From Lytechinus pictus (lineage: Eukaryota): a stretch of 64,000 bases of DNA. The stretch's first letter is position 1. Each line of letters starts with the position of its first letter. Both the position numbers and the translations under genes were made by a program. The notes under the pieces are model-generated. The model was not told the DNA's origin, searched no databases, and worked only from the letters and a program-made list of their open reading frames with translations. Shown piece after piece: positions 38,710 through 51,830 of the stretch. The DNA lies in NCBI RefSeq assembly GCF_037042905.1, contig NC_087245.1, forward strand, positions 9,736,001 to 9,800,000, written 5' to 3'.

Positions 38710-39537
38710 AACAAGTATCGCTAAGGTGAGCACATTATACGCCCGCCTGTAACGTGGAAAATGGAGTTATTGGTCAAGCAAGAAAAGTAGGTGGCGACTT
38801 CACCTCTAAGTTTAACTAAAGTTATCGCGTTTAAAAGGACTTCAGAAGGGTAAGATGAAAACATGTCACTGTGATCTTGACCTTTGACCTTTTGACCTCC
38901 ATATCAATAGGCTTCCTGGGATCCATGCTAGTATCACACACACCAACTTATATGAGCCTAGGTTAAGTTAAACTGAAGTTATCGTGTTTACAAGGACTGC
39001 AGAAGGCTAGAAAACATGTCAGTGTGACCTTGACCTTTTGACCTCAAAAATCAATAGGTTTCCTGGGATCCATGCTAGTATCATACACACCAAACTATAG
39101 GAGCCTAGGTTAAGTTAAACTAAAGTTATCGCATTTACAAGGACTGCAGAAGGGTAAAATGAAAATATGTCACCGTGACCTTGACCTTTTAACCTCAAAA
39201 TTGATAGGCTTCCTGGGATCCATGCTAGTATCGTACACACCAAATTATATGAGCCTAGGTTAAGTTAAACTGAAGTTATCACGTTGACAAGGACTGCAGA
39301 AGGGTAAGATGAAAACATGTCACTGTGACCTTGACCTTTGACCTTTTAACCTCAAAATCAATAGGCTTCCTGGGACCCATGCTGATAGTGGTATCATACA
39401 TACCAAATTATATGAGCCTAGATTAAGCCAAACTGAAGTTATCGCGTTTACAAGGAAAAGTTAACAGACAGACGGACGGACGGACGGACCACCAAGCGTG
39501 ATACCATAATACGTCCCGTCAGGACGGGCGTATAAAA
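38710..39537 (-). mobile_element. Helentron/DINE-1-like element, family B, with ~150-bp tandem units and a (GGAC)n microsatellite; short copy 45841-46145
   Basis: Minus strand starts TTTTTATACGCCCGTCCTGACGGGACGTA (DINE-1-like subTIR plus IR) and ends GGGCGTATAA...CTTGTT. Confidence 0.82.
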
Positions 39538-42393
39538 AGACTATTTAGTTATAATATATTTGTCTTTGTCTGTATGTGTTAGTCAGTGGCTTTCACAAGG
39601 ATATCATATTACCATGATTACCAATTTAACACAATAAATATGAAGTTAAGAATTGATCAGGAGGATAAAAATTCACTTCAATATACCAATATCTTTATTC
39701 CACATTTCATATCAATAAACATATTTAGGAACGTATTGTAACAAAATCACACATTACTCTCATAATTTCAAATATTAGATTTTTTTTCAATGCATACATA
39801 TAACAGTACCAAGAAGATTAATCATATCATGAATATAACTTATAAAGGAATTGATTCAGGGTAAGACCTCATGGCAGTCCTCTCTAAAGCTGTGCGTAAT
39901 TTCAAACCTAGGCTCGAATAGACCAGTTCGTAGTTACTCATGGACAATTTTCGGTCAAATGACCTTTCATTTCCTTCATTATGATAGGCAGATTTCAAAG
40001 CAAAATATTACGTAAGCTTGCCTTACATAGCAGGATGAAGAAATTGAATAGACCAGGTGACTAGAATAGCACACCAATGAACACTTTATGAAGGTATTTG
40101 TTGCATTCCTACTTTGAATGCATATCATAGCATGTTGCACAATGTACTTGGCAAACTGTGAAAACCAGTCGTTCGTGGACGCGTTGTTGTTTTTTGTGGA
40201 TGTAAATGAAAACCACAATTCAAAAGAATATATGAATAATCAAGACATCAAAGTTGGTGCTCATCTCATTAGATTTTAAACCAACATGTCACTTTAGTAC
40301 AATGACCTTCCTCTGATTATGCGTAGAATCTTTTGATCATGCGCAGAAAGGAACTACGAACTGGCTTATTCACAAAGGTGGTATTTCAAACCATCGGTAG
40401 AACCCATGGTTTATGCAGATTTCCTAAATAAATTATGCTTATTTCCCGCGTATGTATAAAAAAATGTCCAATGCTGATGCACGCTTTTGTCACAGTGCGC
40501 CAAATTGATGCCTGTTGCCTTGGTTAAGTACGCTATTTTATTCATAAGTCCACTGTCTGAAGAGTGGACTAATTAATTCAAAACAGTGGACTTGTGAATA
40601 AAATAGCATGGATAACCACTATAATATAAGTAACAGGCCATTACAAGCTTCCTTGGATTAATAAAAGCAAAGTCAATTACAAACCATAAAATGTTTGCTA
40701 TTTGCTACGATTTGAAGTTAAAAATATGGCCTTTAAGACCATAAGGCTTGCAGCAAAGCAGAATTTGTTAATACTTTAGTATTCCTAGTACTATTCCGAA
40801 CTTTAAATAAGATAAATTTATTTTTCTTTACTTCAGTATTTAATGCAAAATATGAATCTTGGAAAAAAAAAATCAGGTTGTTGGATTGTACAGTGTGTGA
40901 CAGGGTTAACACAATCAGATTTAAGGAAAAACCCTCAGGATTTGTTAGATTGTTTTTATGACATTTGCCAGTGATCACCGTAGTATTTCTACAAGCACTG
41001 AAATAACATTACAACAATGGTGGAAGCAAAGTTTGCAATGAACTTTGAATATAAAAAAAAATTGATTGTATATTATAAAATTCAGCAGCTGCACATATAT
41101 AACATGATTGCATATTAAAAAAAAAAGTATAAAAAGTGGATGGATGACATTATTTTTGGCCTTTCATAAGAATGCATTGTGGACATACATGTATTGATGC
41201 ATACACTACCTTTTACACAAATGCATGTTTTGCTAATAAATTAGTTTGACTATTAGCACAAGGTATGAACGTAACATCACTTATAAAAAGACAAATATAA
41301 GATATTTCCTAATTTTACATTTTAATGTCATTTAAATAATATATAAGTAGACAATTACTAACAGAGTTGGACCAAATGTTCGCTTCTGCAACAGTTAATC
41401 CTGTCTCAATTTCTCTGAACGCACTAGCCCATATTCTCAGTGGTCTGGTTTAACTTATGCCTATGTTGTAGTATGGGCTGAAATTATGGGAAGCTGAAAA
41501 CGATAAGGCCCAAAAAATTTCCAAAATGGTCTAATGAACTGTAAATAGCCTCGGCAAATTACCAACGGGTTCTTACAAACAGTAAATAGGAATGATCGCA
41601 TGTGGGGGGGAGCCAAAATATAAGATATACAAATTTTTACCTGACTTTTTCCATGCTTCAATAGTACAGAAACTGTAATGATTATCATTCCAAAAATGTG
41701 ATTGAATTATTTGAGTGTCAAATATGCTTTAAATAAATTGAAATTATACTCTAGGAGAGCAGTGGCACATTCAGCTTTCCAAAATTAAATTGACATTTTA
41801 GACCAAAGTTAATTTAAACTGGAGTTATATGAATATGGCCCATATGGTTAGGATTGTGTGCATTTTTTATAACATAATAATGATTAAAGTTAGTGTCAGG
41901 TTGAGGTGTGGGTATTTGAATTAATATGCAAAATTGCCATGGAACTAGTCATTGTTACTCCACAAATCACCATATTTGTGGTCAGTCTATCTTTTGATTT
42001 TATAGGAAGTAGATTCAAAATTTGCTGTCAACTTGTGAAAAGCAATATCAATCTATGTAATCTCAGTGGGGATCGTCATCTTTCCTTTACTAACATTATT
42101 TTGTTTGATCTGGGCCCCGTCTTAGAAAGAGTTACAATTGATCCAACCAACCACAACTATGGAAAGCCAGCAAAAACACATCTAAAATAATTTTTGTTCC
42201 AAATATTTTCTAAGTATGATGTATATTTATACATTCACTGTTTTCTTGACCATTCAGTATGCTTCAATTTGTTATCAAAGGACATTGTACAAATTTCCGG
42301 AAGAAATAATTAGGACATTGATAAATTTCCATACAGTTGAGGTTGTTCGGATCAATCTTAAATCTTTGTACGATGGGGCCCAGGCATTCTGGC

Positions 42394-42625
42394 AAATATC
42401 AGGGGAGAGTATCATGAAAAATGTTTCACACTATTGTTTTAAACTATTAATGCTTGCATCTGATTGGCTCAAATATCAGGGGAGAGTATCATGAAAAAAG
42501 TTTCACACTATTGTTTTAAGCTATTAATGCTTGCATCTGATTGGCTCAAATATCAGGGGAGAGTATCATGAAAAAAGTTTCACACTATTGTTTTAAGCTA
42601 TTAATGCTTGCATCTGATTGGCTCA
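42394..42625. repeat. Three tandem copies of a 77-bp unit (left arm of a small MITE)
   Basis: aaatatcaggggagagtatcatgaa starts at 42394, 42471 and 42548. Confidence 0.9.
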
Positions 42626-42765
42626 GAGCAAATTAGTGAAATTCACTAACAAAACTCTTCATGATATGCCCCCCAAAACATTAATAGACAGTTACTGACA
42701 TATAAAAGGCAAGGATAAGAATTGACATGGCAATTATAAATAAAGTCCTGTTTATAATTTCTGTG

Positions 42766-42966
42766 TCAACTTGTTTGTTCAACATGGTTTCTCCTTGCTT
42801 GAGATCTTGTAACTCTGTGATTCAATGTAGAAGAATCTTCAGTTGAAGAAGGACCTACTGTCCCATGGTAAGCAGACTGATCTACACTCGGTTTGGTAGT
42901 AGAAAGACGCTTGGCTTCTCTGGTACTTGCCTCTAACTGAGGCATTTCAGGGACCATGTCTATATC
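42766..42966 (-). CDS. PIGA: PIGA exon 13 (terminal): DIDMVPEMPQLEAST...RRNHVEQTS*
   Basis: caatag acceptor; DIDMV matches human (S)IIDVA; TGA at 42766-42768. Joined CDS is 1458 nt = 485 aa, close to the length of human PIGA. Confidence 0.88.
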   Translation of the reverse strand, partial: DIDMVPEMPQLEASTREAKRLSTTKPSVDQSAYHGTVGPSSTEDSSTLNHRVTRSQARRNHVEQTS

Positions 42967-43941
42967 CTATTGAATAAAACAAACATAAAGAAAAATTTTG
43001 AAATACAGGAACTGGATATATATATTTTCCTGGGTTCTTAAATAAGAATAGGCTACAAGTGCAAAGGAATGTTCAAGGCTACAGCACAGGAAACAAATGT
43101 ACCTAGATGTCCTGATCATGTCACTTGCTTTTTTCCTCAATTAGTTACAACACTACGAATAGAACAATACAAAAAAGTATGTATGTCTGATTCCCCATGT
43201 GCACGACATTCTTGAAATGCTTTATCTGTGTTTTCTAGTGCTTAGGAAATTTGTAATACTCTAAAATGACTATGGCTTGGAAAGTCCATGGAGAGAAGAC
43301 TGGAGAAAAATTGTGGTCAGAAAAATAATAATAATACATATGATTTATATAGCATCTTTTCCATTTTGATCAAATGCTCAAGGCGCTTAGAAGAGAGCAA
43401 AACATAAAAGTAAAGAGAAGTAAGAGAAGTACAAGAAAGGGTAAATTAAAAATGAGGAAAAATGACTGTCTTCAAACCTAGTACCTGCTGGTACATAAAA
43501 GGTTGATATTACATAAAAGTGCCCATATGTTAATGATTAATAATAAGTATAGTTTCTGCTCTGATACACTTAGGGTGCAAATGACAATTTATTTATCTGC
43601 TACATTGTAGAGTTTTACTATAAATGAACTTATTTGTACATTCTTAAATAATCATAAGGAAAAAAACATAATTATTTGAATAGGTATATCTTAATCCGTA
43701 AAGGAAATAATCTGTTGTCTCATGATGCGGCAAACTGAAATCTTACTTTGAAAGCTTGCTCATTTGTATTGTTGGAACAATACACATAAATGATTGATTG
43801 ATTATTATTTTGTTTAAATGCCATCTTAATATTCTGATATAAATGATCAAAACCTGTAGAGCATGTGTAGTGCTTTGTAAACCATAAGGAAAAGGATGCT
43901 AATTTAAAATTAAATATCTTCTAGATGGGATCGTGTCATAC

Positions 43942-44097
43942 CTCTCTTGGACAAAACCACTCCAAGAACCAGAAGAAAATAAAGTTGACTGCTGCAAGAA
44001 GAATAAAGAACTTCCCTGCTGCTGGTCCACACTTGAAGTAGTAATCAAATCTCTGTGATAAGCTCAGAGTTTCATCATTATCTATGCTGTCGTAAAC
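43942..44097 (-). CDS. PIGA: PIGA exon 12: VYDSIDNDETLSLSQRFDYYFKCGPAAGKFFILLAAVNFIFFWFLEWFCPRE (transmembrane segment)
   Basis: VYD...CGP..G..F plus the hydrophobic C-terminal TM helix of PIGA; 156 nt, phase 0-0. Confidence 0.95.
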
Positions 44098-44239
44098 CTG
44101 ACAAACAAGAAGAAAAAATAAGAAAAAAATGCACTCGTATCAGTGAAAACTAATCCATTGTATTAAAAATGGAGCAAGAACAGGGATATTCTTTTAACAT
44201 CTTTGAATTGAGCTATCATCCGATAGTTATCTATGCAAT

Positions 44240-45720
44240 CAGGGGTGGATCCAGAATTTTCCAAGGGGGGGGGGCACATGAAAATTTGACAAGCAAAAAA
44301 AAGGACTAAAAAATGAAACAAGGCAAAAGCAATTTTGTGTCTCGCCCACTTATGAAAATGACCAGAAATATCGTGATTTGCGAGGGCACGCAAGAGAATT
44401 ATATCGAAACTGCATTGTGAAATGACTGGGATGGAATAACACTTGTCATAAGAGCCTTACACGTAAACTTTAATGTTGACCTGAAAATGACCTTACCATG
44501 TGACCTCCGACTGCAGCATAACATGCAGGTCCCCCAAGTCCATCTACCATCCAAGTTTGGTTGAAAAGCGACTTACGGATGCGGAGTTAGGTGTCATAAG
44601 AGAGTCTTGCATGTAAACTTTAACGTTGACCTGAAAATGACCTTTGACGTTACCATGTGACCTCTGACTGCAGCATAACATGCAGGTCCCCCAAGTCCAT
44701 CTACCATCCAAGTTTGGTTGAAAAGTGACTTATGGTTGGGTAGTTAGGTGTCATAAGAGAGTCTTGCATGTAAACTTTAACGTTGACCTGAAAATGACCT
44801 TTGACCATACCATGTGACCTCCGACTGCAGCATAACATGTAGGTCCCCCAAGTCCATCTACCATCCAAGTTTGGTTAAAATGCGACTTACGGTTGCAGAG
44901 TTAGGTGTCATAAGAGAGTCTTGCATGTAAACTTTAATGTTGACCTGAAAATGACCTTTGACATTATCATGTAACCTCCGACTGCAGCATAACATGCAGG
45001 TCCCCCAAGTCCATCTACCATCCAAGTTTGGTTGAAAAGTGACTTTCGGTTGCGGAGTTAGGTGTCATAAGAGAATCTTGCATGTAAACTTTAACGTTGA
45101 CCTGAAAATGACCTTTGACCTTACCATGTGACCTCTGACTGCAGCATAACATGCAGGTCCCCTAAGTCCATCTACCATCCAAGTTTGGTTAAAATGCGAC
45201 TTACGGTTGCGGAGTTAGGTATAAGAGAGTCTTGCATGTAAACTTTAACGTTGACCTGAAAATGACCTTTGACCTTACCATGTGACCTATGACTGCAGCA
45301 TAACATGCAGGTCCCCCAAGTCCATCTACCATCCAAGTTTGGTTGAAAAGCGACTTACGGTTGCGGAGTTAGGTGTCATAAGAGAGTCTTGCATGTAAAC
45401 TTTAACGTTGACCTGAAAATGACCTTTGACCTTACCATGTGACCTCCGACTGCAGCATAACATGCAGGTCCCCCAAGTCCATCTACCATCCAAGTTTGGT
45501 TGAAAATCGACTTACGGTTGTGGAGTTATGTGTCATTAAGTTTGTGACGGACGGACGACATTTGGATCCCTAAGTCTCGCCTTCACCTCCGGTGGGCGAG
45601 ACAAAAAGGTTCCCCACTTTCTAAAGAAATGGTGTATTTACATTAAAAAAATTGATTATAGCTCTCAAAAGGGGGGGGGGCACGAGCCGGGTGTGCCCCC
45701 CCCTCCTGGATCCGCCAGTG
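44240..45720. mobile_element. hAT-type MITE split by a satellite-bearing element
   Basis: CAGGGGTGGATCCAG...CTGGATCCGCCAGTG; 8-bp TSD TATGCAAT at 44232-44239 and 45721-45728. Confidence 0.88.
44317..45607 (-). mobile_element. Helentron/DINE-1-like element, family C, with 7 tandem ~157-bp units
   Basis: subTIR GTCTCGCCCAC / GTGGGCGAGAC; unit marker gtaaactttaa at 44463, 44613, 44770, 44927, 45084, 45238, 45395. Confidence 0.88.
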
Positions 45721-46536
45721 TATGCAATGTATATGTTGTACTACTTCATATTGTATGTTTTATTTTATGTAACCTTTTTTATTTGATTTTGGAAATAGAT
45801 ATAACCAAACAAACATACCAAGAAAACATTCCGTGGTATCAACAAGAGTGTCGCTAAGGCGAGCACATAATACGCCCACCTGTAACACGTAAAATAGATA
45901 TATTGGTCAAGCAAGAAAAGTGGAAGGTGGCGACTTCACCTTTGACCTGACCTCAAAATCAATAGAATGGCTGGGATCTATGCTAGTATCATACACACCA
46001 AATTATATGAGCCTAGGTTAAGTTAAACTGAAGTTATCGCGTTTACAAAGAAAAGTTAACTGACGGACAGACGGACAAACAGATGGACGGACGGACACCG
46101 AGCGTGATACCATAATACGTCCCGTCTAGGACAGGCGTATAAAAATTTAAAACAGTATTTTACAATAAAATATAATTTACATCTTATAAATGAAATAGCC
46201 AAGATGCTGTGGATGATGTTTTTCACTGACAATAATGATACAGACACATTACTTTACATGATGACAATGATGATTAGAGGATAGTTTAGTTATTTTTTAT
46301 ATTAATTATGTTTTTTTGTATTATTTATTAAACATCATCAATGTGAAACAAGAAATGGGAGGTAGTATTGATATTGATCAAAAAGGTGCAACAGAAGGTA
46401 TCTATATTGATTCATTTATATGACAAAACAATCAAAAGTACAAACAAAATCTGCAGGACCAAAAAAAATGTTTGATTAATGCCTGATCTAGCGACTGGGA
46501 CCATCTTTGTGATCAACCTGTACAAACTGAGCCTAC

Positions 46537-46664
46537 CTTTTCTGTTCTTGTGGCAACATTTTGCCAGGTATAGACTTGAGCCATTCGTTGATAGACAGCA
46601 TCGGGTTGAAGGAAGCTTCCCTGTCTCCTTCTTGATATGACTTCTTCTAATCCACTCAAGATAC
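46537..46664 (-). CDS. PIGA: PIGA exon 11: GILSGLEEVISRRRQGSFLQPDAVYQRMAQVYTWQNVATRTEK
   Basis: YTW.NVA.RTEK motif; 128 nt, phase 1-0. Confidence 0.95.
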
Positions 46665-47446
46665 CTGATAAGATTAAAAGAATCATCACAACAATAATTA
46701 CATGACATATTATATCACAGCATCAATAATTGGAAAAACTTGCATTAAGATTATGGTTAAGGATGTGATACACATCACACTGACTAATTGGAAACAGTCA
46801 CTAGTTTGAGTTCCCCACATTTTTTGTGTAGTGCATGATAGATGAGTTATTGCTATTTAGCCAGCCAAGATGTGATATACGCTGTATTGCTTTATGGATC
46901 TTACAGATCATGCACAATTACTTGAATTACATTACACACAGGTTTGAAATATGAGATTACCTTGGATATTCCAACACCAGGGAAAATTTTCCTGACAAAA
47001 TAGACAGTGATTTTCACTACTTTCTGTTTCTGTTTCTGCTGAGGTAACTCCTGCAGGAATTTGGCAAAGCAGCTTTCTACTGCATCAACGCCAAGCTGGT
47101 ATATAACCAATTACATATTTATATTTTCATGCCTAGGTTAATCAGTCATAGTGGCTGACCATTATAGACGACAGATATTACTATTGATCCTTTTCCGTTA
47201 AAGTGGAGATAATGGCAGAGCTGGGATTTAAACTCATAGCCTACTTGTTAATATATGCTCCAGCAACTCTTCAATCTCAGTGGCTGAGAGCAAATTTGCC
47301 AGTGAAAATCATTGAAAAGATGCCTTCATGAAAACTCTCCAAGACCTGGAATAATTCCATGAAAGTTGCATTGATTATAATGCCAGCTTTGACAACTTCA
47401 ATGAAATCCTTGTTTTTGATGTGGAAAAAGAAAGGGTAAAACTTAC

Positions 47447-47532
47447 CTTTAACACTAGGTTCAACAAGTAATATCAGATCTTCTGGCAAGACTTCAGGCA
47501 CTCCTCCAACTCTTGTACTTACAACCTGTAAA
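47447..47532 (-). CDS. PIGA: PIGA exon 10: [28 protein letters not shown]
   Basis: [13 protein letters not shown] motif; 86 nt, phase 2-1. Confidence 0.97.
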
Positions 47533-47570
47533 CTTGAAATGAATAACAAATAAAATGGATGGTCAGCTTA

Positions 47571-48655
47571 ACAGTCAGACCGCAGGTCCCTATGCTAATG
47601 AGCAAAAAGGCCAGATTCATCCAAATCATCTCGTGGCTGAATCCTTCTCCTTGCAAAATCTCGTGATTCGTGAGATTTTCTTTCTCTAAGAATTTACCTG
47701 TTTTAACCTCAAGTTAAATGAAATATTATTGCACCATCAGATAGAGTAAAAGTTACTCTTTCATATTGGTCATTTATTTTGTATACAATATTTTGTTAAA
47801 TAAGTAAATTTCTGGCCTGAAAATGTGCCTCAAAATTGAATTTTCTTTCTCTGTTTTCTTTTGCAAATTGTGCAAAACTTTTTACTTTGAGCCTCAATGA
47901 TATCTATATCACCATAAAGCTGAATTTCTGTACTTTCTCACAATGCCACTCTTGATATGCGGCACCTTTTGATCTGGTCAAGTTCACACTTTTCCCACCA
48001 AGGTACAAGACGAGATTTCTGAAATTTTGTACTTGCATGAAATCCAGAGTTCTGATTGGCTGGATAAGGTTCACAGAACAACAGGCGCGGGGTATTTGAG
48101 GAGATTACCACATGGGAAGTGTGACCTTCCCACGAACCCAGGCACTGGAACCGTTGGAATTTGCCATTGTGTGGTCTTTTTTACCAATCAGAGTGCAGTA
48201 TTCTTGTTTTCAAGCTGCTTTATGTACTTGGCAAATGAAAAGTGTGATCTTGACCCGATTAAACCAATTCTTATTTTGAAACCTATATCATTTCAAAGCA
48301 TACATATTCAGCTTTATCATGATATAAAAATCATTTGGGCTCAAACAAAAATAAAGTGTGAAAATAGCAGCTTTTGTCAGGTGAAAATATTTATTTTGTA
48401 GCATACTTAGATCAAAATTTTAACCTATATCACAAAATCTTTGAATAAATCCAAACACATGACCTGAAAGAATAATTCATCTTCTTTACAATGGTACCAA
48501 ATTCATGAAATTCGATGCACAATTAGAGCAGCAATGACCGAATGAAAAGAGGTGTTTTGGTCCGCATCAAGCTCATTAAATATGCAAAACATCTCAAGTC
48601 ATGAATATCACTTGGATGAAAGAAGCCACTTTCTTGGGACCTGCAGTCTGACTGT
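47571..48655. mobile_element. 1.09-kb TIR element in PIGA intron 9, near-identical to 3917-5002
   Basis: Same TIRs; flanked by TA/TA. Confidence 0.9.
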
Positions 48656-49641
48656 TAAATATATATGATAATGCTTATATTATGATCTTCCACTATAGAA
48701 TCATATAACAAGATAATAATAAAAAGATATAATTTTCAACGTTGGCATATGGTGATTTATTTGAGTGTCAGAGTTGAGGGTTCAAAGGTGACCCATTTCC
48801 ATCGACTATATGAAGCTTTTTATTTGCCCTCTAACTCTCAAACCCAAATAAATGTCTTAATTTATTGACAATTATACTGCCTTTAAGAGGGAATGCACTT
48901 CTTTTATAGGCTGGTTCTTGTCTGGCAAATAAGCTAACACCCTAGCTACCATCTTTATACATCCAACATAAAAACAATTTGAGGACATTTAGGTTTAGTA
49001 AGACAACATTAAATAATTCTAGACTGATCTTAATTTGATTTTTACATTCTCTTCTGCTATGATTTGAAAAACTTTCTATTCATGTTTGGTTGGTGCAAGA
49101 ATACTACGCAATGCACTTACATGTTGTTCTAAGATCGTTCTTGCACGGAATAGACATTATATGAACTTACATTGACAAAGATAGAAATCAAAAGAATTCC
49201 TAACCACTCATGGTGTTGTTAAAAGAATAAAAAGTATAATTTTGGTTGCGAATTTAAAGTATGGAGGAAACAGACTCAGAGAAACTATAAAAGGCTAAAT
49301 ATAATAGATTATCATGATTTGCTGTAAAGTATTGGATTTATTCAAAATATGATAACAAAATGACAAGTCTCCTGAAGGTCACATACATTGCACAAAGGTA
49401 AACATGTATCTATAAGACTACAATAAGACTACAAGACGGTTTCACTTGTTATTTATTATATTTTGAATGCAAGTTCATTTGCAGAACAATCCTTTGTAGT
49501 TGCTATTTATTTTCATGATATCCTTCCTAAATATCATGCAGAGAATTTGATAGCTCATAATGATTATTTTCATCTTTCCCACAACTGTTTTCTGACCCAT
49601 TATGCAGACATGGGATAAGTCAAGACAGTAGTGCAACATAC

Positions 49642-49724
49642 CCACAAAGAGTTGCTTCTACAATGGCAATACAGAAGGCTTCAGTGAGTGATGCATTGAT
49701 GAATATGTCTCCTTGGTTCAAAAC
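49642..49724 (-). CDS. PIGA: PIGA exon 9: VLNQGDIFINASLTEAFCIAIVEATLC(G)
   Basis: Catalytic EX7E motif (EAFCIAIVE); 83 nt, phase 0-2. Confidence 0.97.
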
Positions 49725-50267
49725 CTGAAATGATCAATATGAAACCCCCAAACTACTGTTAGGGCCTGTTAAAAAACAAGATACAGAAACTCAGATGTGA
49801 TGGTTGCAACTAATGGCAACGTCCATCAGAATCTTGTTCTTATTGGCTGCTGCTGCTACTGCTGAAATGCGGGTTAATATAATCTACAAGACACTGGTAA
49901 TGATCACAGTTAAGTATCACTGTAAAGACATAAATAAAATAGAAAAAAGAAATACAAATCAACTTCTCCTTTTCAAAATCATAAAAAATCATAACAATTT
50001 CATGCTTATCAAAATCATAAAAATAAAAATATATTTTGGGGTTAAAAAGTTTCTAAAAGAAGTCTTTTACATTTTCTACTATTTACAAATATTTGAAAAT
50101 TCATTTTAATAGTTATTCACACGTTTATCAAATTTGTACTTGTTATATTGAAAACTTGAAATAGATGAATACAAAAATTCCTTCATACATTTTAACAAAC
50201 ACATTCCCTCACTTACATATATTTCCCTTTTAAAAGAAAGCTGCAGATCTTTCACTGAATATCTCAC

Positions 50268-50374
50268 CTTATTGACATTAGAATGTTCCACAGCACCCAA
50301 CATAGTGACACGTTCTTGAAGCTGATAACGCTCTCTCACTTCTTCAATATCAATCCGCTTAGGCCCGTCCCCTC
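50268..50374 (-). CDS. PIGA: PIGA exon 8: GDGPKRIDIEEVRERYQLQERVTMLGAVEHSNVNK
   Basis: GGDGPKR..EEVRERYQL motif; 107 nt, phase 1-0. Confidence 0.96.
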
Positions 50375-51129
50375 CTAAAAAGAATACAGAGACAAAGATA
50401 CTGATGAAACATTTTAAATCGGAAAACTTTATGCACCTGTTTGGAGTTACATAAACTGGGTTCTACAAGAAACCGATTAAACTTTCGAAGGGCACTGCAC
50501 AATTCCACTCAGACAAAATGAACAACATTTTTACACAGGCTGGCTTCAATAATCTCTACTAAGCATGTGTCAACAATTAAGAGATTGGTTCATTCACAGA
50601 CAGGCTATAGCCCCTCACATCAATTGGTTTTCGAATCCAAACTCACAAAATGGCAAAAGAAAGACCAATGAAAATGAGATGTGATTAAACAAACTTCCCA
50701 TTTTATTACACATGTCCTTCACAGGCATGTTTAATGATTTGCTCAGTCACAATCTCTCATCTCTTAATTAATGTCTTGAGCTTTAAAGATTATTGAAGCT
50801 AGCCTGTATAAAAATATTGTTCATTTTGAGTGAGTGGAATTTGTGAAGTGCCCTTGTAGAGTTTGATCAGTTTCTTTTGGAACCTAGTTTAGTTATTATG
50901 ATTACTCACCATTTTGTGTATCTCAATGGAGTACTGGAGTGTCATAGTAAGGAAAAGTGTAGTGTGCTTGATGTAGCAAGTACCGTAATATTAAAGAAAG
51001 GCCCAATAATACACACACGTTTAGCATAGGTGCTAGATTTGAGCTAGTAGCAATGGATTGAGCCTTAATTCATGGACAATTATGTAAGCATCTCAGTAAC
51101 CCTCTATCACTTTCGAACCTTCCTCTTAA

Positions 51130-51830
51130 AGGAGAATGAAACTCTAAGAACAAGTTAGCTTGTATTAAAAGAAAAAAAAATAAAGAATGTGATCAATGAA
51201 AGTTGAGAACAAATGGACAAACAATAAGAAGTTATGAACATTTGAATGTCAAGATCAGAGGCGGTGGAACGTCAAGCTCATACAATGAAAGTGGAGGGGC
51301 ACCTATTGTTTGGCAGACAAAAGTTGCCCCTCCACTTTCTTTGTCCAAGCCTGTTCCGCCGCCTCTGGTCGAGAACTCTAATGCAATGGAGATCCTCCCA
51401 TTGACAATGCGACCAAGATTTGAGATGTCACAGAAGTACAAATCTCCCCTTGGCATACTGAAAATATACCCCGAAACATCTCCTTTTTTCCTCACTCTAA
51501 TGATAGGATAAACAATCATCCATGATATTGTGAAACCAGTTTTACATGTCTTCCCATAGAAAAAAGATCACTTAATCTTGCAATACACTAAATTAAAGAG
51601 AACATTAAAGTGAAATATGTCCTAAAGAAATGAAGAAGTTGTAGGTGTGTTAAATCACATATCTTGGTCGCATTGCTAATGGGAGTATCTTCATACCATG
51701 AGTGATATCAATATGCAAGTGCTCATTACTGCCTTATAACACATTCCATCTCCCTCAGACTTTCATTGATCTGTTTCTTTCATTGTTCTCTTTTATATGA
51801 ATTCAACTGGTTTGAGGGTTTTATTCTCCT
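51130..51830. mobile_element. Kolobok-like TTAA MITE carrying a 112-bp hAT-type mini-element (51256-51367)
   Basis: TTAA flanks; insert CAGAGGCGGTGGAAC...GTTCCGCCGCCTCTG with degenerate TSD gtcaagat/gtcgagaa; empty site gtcgagat seen in the 14316 copy. Confidence 0.82.

Noticed and set aside
44460..45540. Regular repeat array superficially like a CRISPR
   Set aside because: Head-to-tail ~157-bp units without unique spacers, eukaryotic context, no cas genes.
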